Source: an uncultured Candidatus Saccharibacteria bacterium (GTDB taxonomy: Bacteria; Patescibacteriota; Minisyncoccia; Phycocordibacterales; CAIZLB01). Taken from it: a DNA stretch of 64,000 bases. A program made the translations under genes and the position numbers. This document shows, piece by piece, positions 38,339 to 48,488 of this stretch. Under the pieces are notes generated by a model. That model saw only the letters and a list, made by a program, of their open reading frames with translations. It was not told where the DNA came from and did no database searches. Location: NCBI GenBank assembly GCA_964467385.1, contig CAYXQC010000003.1, forward strand, positions 37,798-101,797, written 5' to 3'. The stretch's first letter is position 1. Every line of letters begins with the position of its first letter.

Positions 38339-38383
38339 AATTTCTCCTACCTGCTATAGAAATAGACTATTGTTTCTTTTGAA

Positions 38384-38809
38384 TTATAATTTCTCAGCTT
38401 GAACCGGCTCGTTCTTTTCGTCAGACTTGTCATGATGTTCTCCGTTTGCATGGTGTGTCCCATTGTGATGCATTTTATTTTTTGGTTGGAACCACACTTT
38501 GGCAAACCAAATCATGTAGACCAATTCAAGAATACCACACGTATTGATAAGAAGGAGCGCGATAAACCACCACTTTTCATTCCTCTTTGCTGCAGTCCAA
38601 AGTGAGTAACCTTTGAGAGCAACTAAAGCAAGAAACAACACAAGTCCAATAATAAAGAAGATAGACAGTGTAAACATCCCAATCGGACCGAATCCGCCCC
38701 AGAAAGAGTCAAATCCACCGAAATCTCCACCACGTGCCCACATGAAGCCATGTCGACTACTGAAACCATTACCGCCACTTAACATGTAAAAATCGTTGAA
38801 ATTATTCAT
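38384..38809 (-). CDS. Hypothetical membrane protein with a Gly/Phe-rich N-terminus and His-rich C-terminal tail
   Basis: ORF track; two TM helices; HHNGTHHANGEHH tail. Confidence 0.35.
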   Translation of the reverse strand: MNNFNDFYMLSGGNGFSSRHGFMWARGGDFGGFDSFWGGFGPIGMFTLSIFFIIGLVLFLALVALKGYSLWTAAKRNEKWWFIALLLINTCGILELVYMIWFAKVWFQPKNKMHHNGTHHANGEHHDKSDEKNEPVQAEKL

Positions 38810-38942
38810 ATATGTTTGATTATGACCCTAATTATACCCCTTAAAAGACGCTAGGCAACGCCTTCACATACCAACCCTTGATGCTCTAGGCCTGATGGAT
38901 GCAAAAGTTCAACCTTCGCCACCTTATGATCACCACGATCTG

Positions 38943-39974
38943 TTAGTACCCAAACACACCCATCAATTCGCCTGAATAATAGAACTCATACGCAAGACCT
39001 CCAAATGTATATGTCTCCCCTTCTACTACAACTGATGAACCTGCAACTTGAGGATTCGGCTTTGGATCTGATTTTTCAAAACCTAGATTGAAAATAGTGG
39101 CAATAATTTCTGGTCGATACTGTATATCAAATCCAGCTCGATTCCACTGTTCGATGATCTGTCGTACAAAAAGTGCAGTGTATAAATATGAATAATAATG
39201 ATCACGAGCATCAGTTAATCGTGCAAAGCGTAAATCACCTATTGTGGTAGAAGTCGCTTCGAGAAGATGTTCATAAGATTTTCCAAGATAATAAGGAGAC
39301 GAAGAATCCTTCAAGTGATCCTCAATAAGTTCTGCCGTTTCTGGTTTTACACCACTTACACCAAGTGAAAATTGAGACAGACTTCCAAGAATCTTCAGAG
39401 GCTCGAAGAATTTTTTAAATGACTCCCTGTCGGATGTAAAAAATCGCATTTGCTCAGCAATAACCACACTCACCAAAAGTCGTGGAGAAATTCCAGCAGT
39501 ATTTGAGGCTTTTTTGATAACATCTTTATCTTTAATCAAAGCCGCAGAAAGTGTTTGCCATTCGCTACTTTGAATCCAGGTAAATTTTTTATCAGGAAAT
39601 GCTTGTTTCCGAATTTTTGCGAGATTATCACGAAGTGCATTTTGCAAAAGAGCGACCGTGTATAGATTCTCTGCCTGCCACTCTTCACTGATAGTGCGAA
39701 CATCTTCCGCTTCAGGATTTGCCCCTTGATGAAAAGTAGCCTTTGCTCGATCAAAAAATTGATTTCGTTCATCGATCGAACCTCTCACATTAAAAAGTCC
39801 AAATTTCATTCCAAAAAACACAATAAAGAAAATAGCACCAAGCGCAGCACAAAGCGCAAAAACGATTTCAAAAATAAAAGAAAATCGATGTTCCTGTAGC
39901 GTCTTATACACCGCATTTCGTGTCACAGAATATAGATACGAGAGTTTTGAAAAAATTTTTATAAAGGTCTGCAT
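38943..39974 (-). CDS. Hypothetical membrane-anchored protein
   Basis: ORF track; single TM helix near the N-terminus (IVFALCAALGAIFFIVFFGM). Confidence 0.35.
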   Translation of the reverse strand: MQTFIKIFSKLSYLYSVTRNAVYKTLQEHRFSFIFEIVFALCAALGAIFFIVFFGMKFGLFNVRGSIDERNQFFDRAKATFHQGANPEAEDVRTISEEWQAENLYTVALLQNALRDNLAKIRKQAFPDKKFTWIQSSEWQTLSAALIKDKDVIKKASNTAGISPRLLVSVVIAEQMRFFTSDRESFKKFFEPLKILGSLSQFSLGVSGVKPETAELIEDHLKDSSSPYYLGKSYEHLLEATSTTIGDLRFARLTDARDHYYSYLYTALFVRQIIEQWNRAGFDIQYRPEIIATIFNLGFEKSDPKPNPQVAGSSVVVEGETYTFGGLAYEFYYSGELMGVFGY

Positions 39975-40026
39975 GAGATGTGCTATCTTATATACTGTAT
40001 TATATACAGATATACCACATATCGCT

Positions 40027-40719
40027 ATGGCAAAAAAACTATTTTATATGATTAGACATGGCGAAAGTATCCTGAACGCCGAGAGAAAACGACAAGGACC
40101 AGATGGGAGCTTGAGCCAACGCGGACAAGAACAAGCTGCAGCAACAGGAAAACGTCTCGAGAATCAAAAGTTCGATGCTGTTCTCGTAAGCCCTTATACC
40201 CGAACTCGCGAGACCGCTGAGATTATCTGTTCATATATAAAGACAAAGAAACCTTTGGAGCTAGTCGACCTTTTAACAGAACGACGGAATCCAAGTGAAA
40301 TCGTAAACCAATCAGCTGACGATCCAAAAGTAAAATACATAGTTGACATCATTGATAGAAGCTTTCACAAAGATAATTATCGCTATTCTGACGAGGAAAA
40401 TTTTGAAGATCTAAAGAACCGAGCACATAACCTTCTCATATATCTTGCACACAGACCATCAAATGAACATAAGGTTTTAGTTGTGACACATAGTATCTTT
40501 TTGAAAATGATTGCCTCGTACATTCTGTACCATGATAAACTCGATGCCCACAAATACAATCTTTTGAGTTACACGAATGCTTCGAACAACGCCTCAATCA
40601 CGATCTGTGAATACAATAGTGGTTGGCTCGGTGATGGACTTCTTGGCCGCATCTTCTTCCCTCCCGAAAGACGATGGAGACTATTGGCATGGGATGATTA
40701 CACAATTAGCACCAATTAG
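40027..40719 (+). CDS. Histidine phosphatase superfamily (phosphoglycerate-mutase-like) protein
   Basis: MIRHGESILN (RHG catalytic motif), SPYTRTRETAEII, VVTHS. Confidence 0.6.
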   Translation: MAKKLFYMIRHGESILNAERKRQGPDGSLSQRGQEQAAATGKRLENQKFDAVLVSPYTRTRETAEIICSYIKTKKPLELVDLLTERRNPSEIVNQSADDPKVKYIVDIIDRSFHKDNYRYSDEENFEDLKNRAHNLLIYLAHRPSNEHKVLVVTHSIFLKMIASYILYHDKLDAHKYNLLSYTNASNNASITICEYNSGWLGDGLLGRIFFPPERRWRLLAWDDYTISTN

Positions 40720-40761
40720 CGTTGCAAGAGATACAATAGATACAATTTACGCGAACAGTAT

Positions 40762-41490
40762 TTAAGCGTGCAATACCTGTGTGATTGAAAAAACTACAAC
40801 AACTCCAAGAATAGTCATAAGTATAGTCTTGAATGAAGAATTATGGCTGTGTGCCTCTGGCAAAATGTCTGATGCACCAATATATAGGAGAAATCCAGCA
40901 AAGAATCCGAGATACATTACAAGAAAATTCGGTGAAAATGTAATGAAGAGAGTTGAAATACCTCCAAGAACCGGTGCAATAGCATTGATAAACAAAAATC
41001 GAAGCGCCTGTTTTACAGAATTTTTATGCGCCAACATAAGAGAAACTGTGTTTAGACCATCTGTGAAATTGTGAGCGAGAACTGCAAGTGCAGTCGCAAT
41101 CCCAAGTGCATCTGAGATCTGAAACCCTAAACCAATACCTACACCATCAAGAAAGGAGTGAGCAGAGAGTGCTAATGCCGAGAAAATACCAACAGTTGGA
41201 TGGTGATGGTGACCGTACTGATCCTCATGCGCATGATGAATGAGTAACACTTTTTCAGCAATATGGAAGAGTAGAAAACCGGCAACCATTGAAAGCATTG
41301 CTGTATGTACATCAAAACCATACTCTCCAGCCAGCTCAAAAAGCTCTGGCAAAATATCAAATGCCACCACAGCAATAAGGACACCCGCTGTGAAGCCGAG
41401 AGTTAGATGCATCTTGTCTTTCCACTTGAGACCAATGAGTCCGCCAAGACAAGCAGAGAAGAATGTCAGACCAATGAATATGAATGCCAT
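40762..41490 (-). CDS. zupT: ZIP-family divalent metal transporter (ZupT-like)
   Basis: HSFLDGVGIGLGF and HNFTDGL signature helices, His-rich loop HHAHEDQYGHHHH. Confidence 0.7.
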   Translation of the reverse strand: MAFIFIGLTFFSACLGGLIGLKWKDKMHLTLGFTAGVLIAVVAFDILPELFELAGEYGFDVHTAMLSMVAGFLLFHIAEKVLLIHHAHEDQYGHHHHPTVGIFSALALSAHSFLDGVGIGLGFQISDALGIATALAVLAHNFTDGLNTVSLMLAHKNSVKQALRFLFINAIAPVLGGISTLFITFSPNFLVMYLGFFAGFLLYIGASDILPEAHSHNSSFKTILMTILGVVVVFSITQVLHA

Positions 41491-42716
41491 ATGAATGTAT
41501 AGTATTATATAAACACATTATGCGAAAGGTCATAGAAAAGATAACCGGAGTGGCAGAACATGCAGCTCACAAAGTTGCTCATGTTGCCCATAAAATCAAA
41601 AAAGTTGTTGGATTAGAGCCGAGATACGAATTCATCGATGAGGCACCCACCACCTGGTCTTTTGCAACCACCACCGAGGATTCTTGGCGTATGCTTCAAA
41701 AAGCATTTAACGAGGCTCGCGAATCTATTTATATAGAGCAGTTTTTATTTTTCCCGGATACTATTGGTCAGCAGTTTATAGAACTTCTCATCAAAAAAGC
41801 GCGAGCCGGTGTCCATGTAAAAATCATCGTTGATTCAGTAGGCAGCTTTCCACTCGGCCGTTCTATGTATTTAGAAAAAATGGAAGAGGCTGGAATTAAA
41901 ATAAAATTTTTTAATTGGATGCTGCCATTTTCAAAGAACAGTAAAAAACTTTGGTATTTTAGAAATCATCGCCGATTGTTTATCATAGATCGTTCTGTCC
42001 TCTTAACTGGTGGTACATGCATCGGCAGTCAAATGACAGAATGGCGAGAAACTCAGATTCAACTCGAAGGACCAGCTGTGCAACAAGCAGTGAAAGTTTT
42101 TGATCAAACTTGGAAGAAAGTGTACAAGAAACGTACATTGAATCTTGGTATCCAGTACAAAAGCGGTATCGATGGATTTTCATATATCACCCAGGCACCG
42201 CTTCCTTCTGAACGACATGTGTACTATCGACTGATTGATGCAATTCGATCAGCAAAGAAACGTGTATGGCTCACGACACCGTATTTTTTGCCTGACAATA
42301 GACTTGAGCGAGTACTTGTCCTCGCAGCAAAACGAAAAGTTGATGTACGTATCCTTACACCAAAAGAGACAAATCACATACTTGTTAATACCGGTTCACA
42401 TACATACTACGATCATCTCTTACAGAGGGGCGTGAAAATTTTTAATTACCTCCCTTGCATGCTCCATTCAAAAACTGCTGTTATAGATGATGAATGGGCT
42501 ATGGTTGGCACTATGAATCTCGACAATATCAGCCTTAGATACAATTTCGAATCTGCATTAATCATTAGCAACAGTCTTTGTGTTTCAGAACTGGCAGAGC
42601 ATTTTGAATACGATCTTCGAAAATCAGAAGAAATCACCTTGGCAGAGTGGCGAGAACGGCCACTTTTACACAAGATCAAAGAGGCTATCGTTTGGCCGAT
42701 TAGAAAGTTTTTGTAG
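41484..42716 (+). CDS. Phospholipase D / cardiolipin-synthase-like protein (two HKD-type motifs). Start may be the internal Met near 41520.
   Basis: NHRRLFIIDRSVLLTGGTCIG and HSKTAVIDDEWAMVGTMNLD (HxKx4Dx6G). Confidence 0.65.
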   Translation: MPYECIVLYKHIMRKVIEKITGVAEHAAHKVAHVAHKIKKVVGLEPRYEFIDEAPTTWSFATTTEDSWRMLQKAFNEARESIYIEQFLFFPDTIGQQFIELLIKKARAGVHVKIIVDSVGSFPLGRSMYLEKMEEAGIKIKFFNWMLPFSKNSKKLWYFRNHRRLFIIDRSVLLTGGTCIGSQMTEWRETQIQLEGPAVQQAVKVFDQTWKKVYKKRTLNLGIQYKSGIDGFSYITQAPLPSERHVYYRLIDAIRSAKKRVWLTTPYFLPDNRLERVLVLAAKRKVDVRILTPKETNHILVNTGSHTYYDHLLQRGVKIFNYLPCMLHSKTAVIDDEWAMVGTMNLDNISLRYNFESALIISNSLCVSELAEHFEYDLRKSEEITLAEWRERPLLHKIKEAIVWPIRKFL

Positions 42717-42795
42717 AAAAACCCGTGCTTTTTCCAAAAAACGTGATATAATCAGGCTCTATTATATAAATCCATAAATTCCCCACTTTACTACA

Positions 42796-43308
42796 TTGCA
42801 GACACCATCAGTTAGAATCAACCACCAAATACGAGCAGCTGAACTTCGGGTCATTGGCCCAAAGGGCGAAAATCTAGGCGTTATGTCAGTTTCTGATGCC
42901 CTTCGAGCTGCCCATGAAAGCAATCTGGACCTTATTGAAATCTCACCAAAAGCCCTCCCTCCCGTTGCAAAAATCGCAGATTATGGTAAATTCCAGTATG
43001 ACGAAAACAAGAAGCAGAAGGCTGCAAAAGCCAACGCTAAGACGGTTGAAGTCAAGAACCTCCAGGTAAAAATAGGCACCGGCGAACACGATCTTATCTT
43101 GAAAGCCAAGAAAGCATCGGAGTGGCTCGGTGAAGGTCATCGACTTCGAATTGACCTATTCCTTCCAGGCAGAACCAAGTATCTCGATGAGAATTTTCTC
43201 AAAGACAGAATGGAACGACTCCTTAGGCTCGTAAGCGTTGATTTCAAAATCAATGAACCAGCTAAGAAGAGCCCTAAAGGGATGTCTATTGCTATCGAGC
43301 GAGCATAA
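42796..43308 (+). CDS. infC: Translation initiation factor IF-3 (apparent TTG start)
   Basis: INHQIRAAELRVIGPKGENLGVMSVSDALRAAHESNLDLIEISPKALPPVAKIADYGKF; the codon at 42796 is TTG. Confidence 0.85.
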   Translation: MQTPSVRINHQIRAAELRVIGPKGENLGVMSVSDALRAAHESNLDLIEISPKALPPVAKIADYGKFQYDENKKQKAAKANAKTVEVKNLQVKIGTGEHDLILKAKKASEWLGEGHRLRIDLFLPGRTKYLDENFLKDRMERLLRLVSVDFKINEPAKKSPKGMSIAIERA

Positions 43309-43387
43309 TTATTAACAACAAGGCACTATAAGTTTCAAGCATATAAGCCTGAACGCCTCGCGTATACGGACGTAAACATATTCAATA

Positions 43388-43579
43388 ATGAAAACAAACA
43401 AATCATATTCGAAGCGAATCAAGGTTACCAAAAACGGTAAACTTGTAGCTCGAAAGGCAGGACACAACCACTTCAACGCAAAAGAAAGTGGCCGAACACA
43501 GATCAAAAAGCGTCGAACACTATCAATCGTAATGACACAGCGAGACAAGCGACGATACTTCGCACAGGCGAGCATCTAG
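43388..43579 (+). CDS. rpmI: 50S ribosomal protein L35
   Basis: Small basic protein KRIKVTKNGKLVARKAGHNHFNAK between infC and rplT. Confidence 0.7.
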   Translation: MKTNKSYSKRIKVTKNGKLVARKAGHNHFNAKESGRTQIKKRRTLSIVMTQRDKRRYFAQASI

Positions 43580-43615
43580 TTATTGGATCGAATTTTCTAA
43601 CATAATCAAACTACC

Positions 43616-43963
43616 ATGGTACGAGTAAAAAAAGGTGTTAACGCACTCAAAACACGACGAAATATTTTAAAAGCAGCTAAAGGTTTCCGAGGTCCTCGAA
43701 AAAACAAGGAAAAACTAGCGTACGAACAGCTCGTTCACTCATATGCCAGCGCTTTTGCTCACCGACGAGACAAGAAGGGTGACTTCCGACGACTTTGGAA
43801 CGTGCGAATCAACGCAGCGCTCCGACCACTCGGTCACTCTTATAGCAAGTTTATTGGCACAATGAAGAAGAAGGGTATGGAAGTAGACCGAAAGACACTT
43901 GCAGACCTTGCACAGAATGCTCCAGCTTCATTCGAACGACTTGTGAAGCAGGTGGTCGCTTAG
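43616..43963 (+). CDS. rplT: 50S ribosomal protein L20
   Basis: MVRVKKGVNALKTRRNILKAAKGFRG...RRLWNVRINAALRPLGHSYSKFI. Confidence 0.9.
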   Translation: MVRVKKGVNALKTRRNILKAAKGFRGPRKNKEKLAYEQLVHSYASAFAHRRDKKGDFRRLWNVRINAALRPLGHSYSKFIGTMKKKGMEVDRKTLADLAQNAPASFERLVKQVVA

Positions 43964-43984
43964 TTAAGCCATACAACTTATATA

Positions 43985-44015
43985 AAAAATCCCGCAGAAA
44001 TTGTGGGATTTTTTA
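43985..44015. terminator. Bidirectional rho-independent terminator
   Basis: AAAAAATCCCGCA-GAAAT-TGTGGGATTTTTT between convergent genes. Confidence 0.6.
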
Positions 44016-44032
44016 TATAAGAGCTTATTATT

Positions 44033-44689
44033 TTAGAGGACCGCAGCCATCTGCTCCTTTGAAGCATCTACCCCATCATAGTTCTTGTATCCTCGCAAAA
44101 TCTTTCGATCCTCTGCCACAAGTTGCAGGAGTCGAGTTACAAGTCGTTTTGGATTATCATCAAAAATGATTTTCTTGTTTGGACGATGACTTTTATTTAT
44201 CATAGTGTGTAAAATCTCATCTGTCTCCCATTTTCCATCTCCTGCCAAAATACCAATCGGCTTCTGATCTTCGAAAGAAATAGTGAATTCGTGATATGTA
44301 CCTATTCGGCCAGGGCCGATAATGATCGCATCACATGATCGTGTAAAAAGAAGGTCTCTCCCGCTATATCCGAAACCGGTATACGTGATGAAATCCATAT
44401 TTTCAAGCGGCAATCTATAAACCTCGGTATGTTCACGCACAGATGCAGCCGGTGAGAGACCTACTGAAACACCGCACTCCGCCTTGCAACCAACTGCTGC
44501 CCAGTACGGAAAACCTGTTGTAGCACCTGACATCATGATTGCCCCTTGTCGAGCGATTTCCTTCCCTACTTCTTTTGCTAATTCATAGGCTTCAGGACCA
44601 AGAAATCCCATGTCCGCCGCACCAGAAACACCAATTTTAGGAATAAGATAATTTTTTGAATTTGTATTGTTTAAGCAAACTGATCCCAT
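44033..44689 (-). CDS. LOG/TIGR00725-family Rossmann-fold nucleotide-binding protein
   Basis: IGVSGAA...GAIMMSGATTGFPYWAAVG and IIGPGRIGTYHEF resemble the TIGR00725/LOG-like fold. Confidence 0.45.
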   Translation of the reverse strand: MGSVCLNNTNSKNYLIPKIGVSGAADMGFLGPEAYELAKEVGKEIARQGAIMMSGATTGFPYWAAVGCKAECGVSVGLSPAASVREHTEVYRLPLENMDFITYTGFGYSGRDLLFTRSCDAIIIGPGRIGTYHEFTISFEDQKPIGILAGDGKWETDEILHTMINKSHRPNKKIIFDDNPKRLVTRLLQLVAEDRKILRGYKNYDGVDASKEQMAAVL

Positions 44690-44802
44690 ATGTGTGTAGT
44701 ATAGCAGATTTTTTCCACGCTGCGCTTAATTGCGAATTTTTTGCATATTTTTATGCTCCTCTAGTGTGTCTTTTGTACACAAATACACAAACTACGTACA
44801 GA

Positions 44803-45792
44803 TTACAATTCTACATTCCCAAAAGGTTTCTTCCCTTCAAATACAGAGACAATATTTTCCGCAGCCAATCGCGCCATTTCATCTCGTGCGCTTTTTCGCG
44901 CTGATGCAATATGCGGAGTAAGAACTACGTTTGAAAATTTTGTTAAGCCTTTTGCAATCTTAGGTTCATCCTCAAATACATCTATGCCAGCACCTGCAAT
45001 TGTTCCCTTTTTGAGTGCCAGGACCAATGCTTTTTCATCAACTACTGGACCACGAGCTGTATTTATGAGAAAAGCTGTCGGCTTCATCATAGCTAGAGTT
45101 TCCTTATTTATCATATGTCTTGTCTGCGGCAAAAGCGGTACATGGAGACTTAAAATATCAGCCTCTCGAATTACCTGCTCAGGTTTTTCACAGAAAATTG
45201 CACCATACTCTTTCTCGAGTGTGTCGTTTCGACGTACATCGTAGTACATCACTTTCATAGCAAAACCCTTACCAAGATGCATCGCGACTCGTTCGCCGAT
45301 ATGCCCCGCACCAAGAATTCCCAAGGTTTTACCTGACAAATCCGTACCAGTAAAAATCATCGGATCCCAACCTTTGTATTTTCCAGCTCGAGTGAATTTA
45401 TCCGCCTCAACGATTCGAGTTGTCAAAGCAAGAGTGAGTGCAACCGTATGTTCAGCGATTGTATCACTAAACGATCCAGGTGTATTTGTGATTGCAATAC
45501 CTGCTGCCTTTGCATCAGCAAGCACAATATTGTTGTATCCAACTGCATAATTCGAAACGATCTTAAGTTGCGAACCAGCAGCTTTGATAAGCTTCTTATC
45601 GATCTTGTCTGTGAGTAATGTCAAAAGCGCATCGTATTGAATACCTTTCTTATTTTGTTTTTTGAGAAAATCTATAAGCTGTTTTTGCGTCGGAGGAATC
45701 TTATATGCACCAATGTCTACATTGTACCCTTTATCTTTTAAAATTTGGATGCCTATTTCAGGGATTCTTCGTGTTACAAAAATTCGTTTCAT
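44803..45792 (-). CDS. D-isomer-specific 2-hydroxyacid dehydrogenase (glycerate/hydroxypyruvate reductase-like). Start taken at MKRIFVT.
   Basis: NAD-binding GILGAGHIGERVA and the catalytic region ...NTARGPVVDEKAL...TPHIASA. Confidence 0.75.
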   Translation of the reverse strand: MKRIFVTRRIPEIGIQILKDKGYNVDIGAYKIPPTQKQLIDFLKKQNKKGIQYDALLTLLTDKIDKKLIKAAGSQLKIVSNYAVGYNNIVLADAKAAGIAITNTPGSFSDTIAEHTVALTLALTTRIVEADKFTRAGKYKGWDPMIFTGTDLSGKTLGILGAGHIGERVAMHLGKGFAMKVMYYDVRRNDTLEKEYGAIFCEKPEQVIREADILSLHVPLLPQTRHMINKETLAMMKPTAFLINTARGPVVDEKALVLALKKGTIAGAGIDVFEDEPKIAKGLTKFSNVVLTPHIASARKSARDEMARLAAENIVSVFEGKKPFGNVEL

Positions 45793-45805
45793 ATTTTTAT
45801 GTATA

Positions 45806-46585
45806 TTAATTTTCTTCTGATATATGTTCTGCTTTAACAACCATGGTTAGACCGTCCCATGCTGGCAAAAGACTCACCTGCTTTTGGAATGTCTCAAAAA
45901 TCCACGTATTAAATTCTTTGATATGTTCAGCACTATTGTCACCGGATTCTTCATATCGGACAAGTCCTTTGTTTAGGGTGTTGTCAACCAAAAGCGTACC
46001 ACCCGGACGGAGAAGTTTCCATGCTTCGAGTGTATATTCTTTATAATTTTCCTTATCTGCGTCTATGAAGACTACATCAAAAAATTCTAAAGTTGGTTCA
46101 TCTTTGGTCAATTTTTCCAACACACCCTTCGCCATACCGAGCTCAAAATGAATCTTCTCTTCTACACCCATTGCTTGCCAAAATCGCCGAGCAAAAGGAA
46201 CAGGTCGTGCGTCTTCATCACAAGCAAATACTTTTCCATCTTTAGCTAAACCTCGAGCGATGAATGCAGTACTAAAACCACGGAATGTACCGATCTCGAG
46301 CGCATGTTTTGCACCAAGCGCCTTCATCAAGACCTCAAGAAACCTAGCCTCTGAAAGTGGTACATTGAGATACGAACGTTCATGCTTTTGATTGCTCCGG
46401 ATACTGAAATTGTCCTCAGGAGTTTCTGTGAGCCGAATCAGCTGTTCTATGTACTGGTTTACATGCATATTTACTTGCACATGACCACCACTTGATCGGC
46501 TTTTTTGATAGTGAATTGCCTTTCGTACTTTCACTGGATGCAATTGTTTAAAAAATTTTCTGATTTTTGAAACTAACTCTTTCAT
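45806..46585 (-). CDS. Class I SAM-dependent O-methyltransferase (family 3, caffeoyl-CoA-OMT-like)
   Basis: ALEIGTFRGFSTAFIARGL, FDVVFIDADKENYKEY, LRPGGTLLVDNTL. Confidence 0.6.
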   Translation of the reverse strand: MKELVSKIRKFFKQLHPVKVRKAIHYQKSRSSGGHVQVNMHVNQYIEQLIRLTETPEDNFSIRSNQKHERSYLNVPLSEARFLEVLMKALGAKHALEIGTFRGFSTAFIARGLAKDGKVFACDEDARPVPFARRFWQAMGVEEKIHFELGMAKGVLEKLTKDEPTLEFFDVVFIDADKENYKEYTLEAWKLLRPGGTLLVDNTLNKGLVRYEESGDNSAEHIKEFNTWIFETFQKQVSLLPAWDGLTMVVKAEHISEEN

Positions 46586-46662
46586 GCTGTGTTTCTGAAT
46601 TTATTATTTATAATTTTCACTTCGCAGTCTGCACTCCCTTTTTTAAAGATAACAATGAGTAC

Positions 46663-48141
46663 CTACTCCAGTGTAACAGTATCTCCTTCTTCAGGATGAA
46701 CAGCGTGCACACCAACATAATCACGAAGTTTTTGTGCCAAGAAAAGCGAGGAACCTGTTTCACCCATAACGACAAATACTTTACGCAAAGTAGCAGCTGA
46801 TTTATCAACAAACTCTACAAGATGGTCCGAATCCTTATGTGATGAATAGCCATCAATTTTTTCAATACGAGCACGTATCGGAACAGCTGTGCCGAGAATG
46901 TTGACCTCTTTCATTCCCTCTTGAATCAAACGCCCAAGTGTCCCAACAGCCTGATAGCCAATAAACACAATAGTGTTTTTAGGATCATTAAGATAATGCA
47001 TTTCATGATGCTGAATCCGTCCACCGCTCGACATCCCTGACCCTGCCATAATGATCTTTGGACTCGGCTGCTTCACAATACTTTTTGACTCTTCAGCACT
47101 ACCAACCACATGCAAACCTGGGAATGAAAAGATATCATGATGATGTCCTCTATGCGCATCAGTCTGAGCTCGCGCATTTAAGTCACCTATCATTGAACGA
47201 TAGATTTCTGTAAGTTTAATAGCAAGTGGCGAATCCATATACACTGGAGTTTTTGGAATCTTTCCGGTTTCTGAAAGAGTATGTATTTCAAAGAGAATTT
47301 CCTGTGCTTTTTCGAGTGAAAATATTGGCATCAAAAGAACACCGCCTTTTGTATGATTTTCTTTGATTACTTTCGCAAGTTTTTCAAGCCGATGTTCTCG
47401 ATCTTCGTGATTTTTGTCACCATATACGCTTTCCATCAACAAATAATCCGCATCTGTTACATCCTCAGTGTCACGAAGAAGTGGCGTTGGACTATTTCCC
47501 AAATCTCCTGTAAATACAATTTTTCGTTGTTTATCTTTCCCTTCCGCCGTGTATGTAAGCTCATACATAGATGAACCAAGAACATGTCCAGAATCTTTCA
47601 GATATACTGAATATCCAGGGGCAAGTTCGTGATGTGTATGATACGGAATAGTTTTCCAAAGCTTGAATGTCTCCATGACATCCTCTTCTTGATAGAGAGG
47701 TGGAACATCTTTTTTTATAGAATCCTGTAACGTCAATTTGAGTGCATCTTGGAGCATTACTTCAGAAAGCTTTCTTGTTTCTGGTGTCGAATAAATCACA
47801 CCCGCAAAACCTTCACGTACAAGCTTTGGTACGCGTCCAATATGATCCATGTGCGCATGAGTGATAAGGAGAAAATCCGCATCAGATGGATTGTACATAA
47901 AATCACGATGATTATTTGATTCAGCTTCATGTGTCCCCTGTTCGAGTCCGCAATCTACAAGAATACGAAGTTCACCATCAGAGTTTGCACCTGCATGTGA
48001 AGTACTCACTGTTCTTGGACCAGTAAGGAGAAAATTTGCGCCGGTTACAGATCCAACTCCACCACAAAACGTCAGTTTCAATTTTTTTATTTTTGAATCA
48101 TGTTCACTTCGTCGGTTTGATGCGGTGGTAGTCTGTTCCAT
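46663..48141 (-). CDS. MBL-fold beta-CASP family RNA-processing nuclease (RNase J / CPSF-like)
   Basis: HAHMDHIG (HxHxDH); beta-CASP-length C-terminal half with conserved His. Confidence 0.55.
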   Translation of the reverse strand: MEQTTTASNRRSEHDSKIKKLKLTFCGGVGSVTGANFLLTGPRTVSTSHAGANSDGELRILVDCGLEQGTHEAESNNHRDFMYNPSDADFLLITHAHMDHIGRVPKLVREGFAGVIYSTPETRKLSEVMLQDALKLTLQDSIKKDVPPLYQEEDVMETFKLWKTIPYHTHHELAPGYSVYLKDSGHVLGSSMYELTYTAEGKDKQRKIVFTGDLGNSPTPLLRDTEDVTDADYLLMESVYGDKNHEDREHRLEKLAKVIKENHTKGGVLLMPIFSLEKAQEILFEIHTLSETGKIPKTPVYMDSPLAIKLTEIYRSMIGDLNARAQTDAHRGHHHDIFSFPGLHVVGSAEESKSIVKQPSPKIIMAGSGMSSGGRIQHHEMHYLNDPKNTIVFIGYQAVGTLGRLIQEGMKEVNILGTAVPIRARIEKIDGYSSHKDSDHLVEFVDKSAATLRKVFVVMGETGSSLFLAQKLRDYVGVHAVHPEEGDTVTLE

Positions 48142-48488
48142 ATGTAAATTGATATTAACCCTCCTATAGTATCATCGATTAAGTCTTTTAGGGTATCGAG
48201 CCAGTAGAAAAGTCCGAGAACTTCAACTTTGTACCACAATTCTAGAATTTCCCAAGCTATACCAATTATAAATACACCGATCAGAAGGTTATGAAGACTT
48301 TCTTGAAGTTTAAGTGCACGCAAAAATACGAATACAAAAAGTCCTGACATGATACCACCAAGGATATGCATAGGGATATCTACCCATCGATAGGTCCAAT
48401 ACAAATAATATTTCGAAGCTAAGAGGTGAAGAGCGATTACAAAAACAGCAGAACTAAGTGCTATGTAGAATAATTGGCGATTGGACAT
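48087..48488 (-). CDS. Hypothetical small membrane protein
   Basis: ORF track; 4 predicted helices; overlaps the start region of 46663-48141. Confidence 0.3.
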   Translation of the reverse strand: MSNRQLFYIALSSAVFVIALHLLASKYYLYWTYRWVDIPMHILGGIMSGLFVFVFLRALKLQESLHNLLIGVFIIGIAWEILELWYKVEVLGLFYWLDTLKDLIDDTIGGLISIYIWNRLPPHQTDEVNMIQK

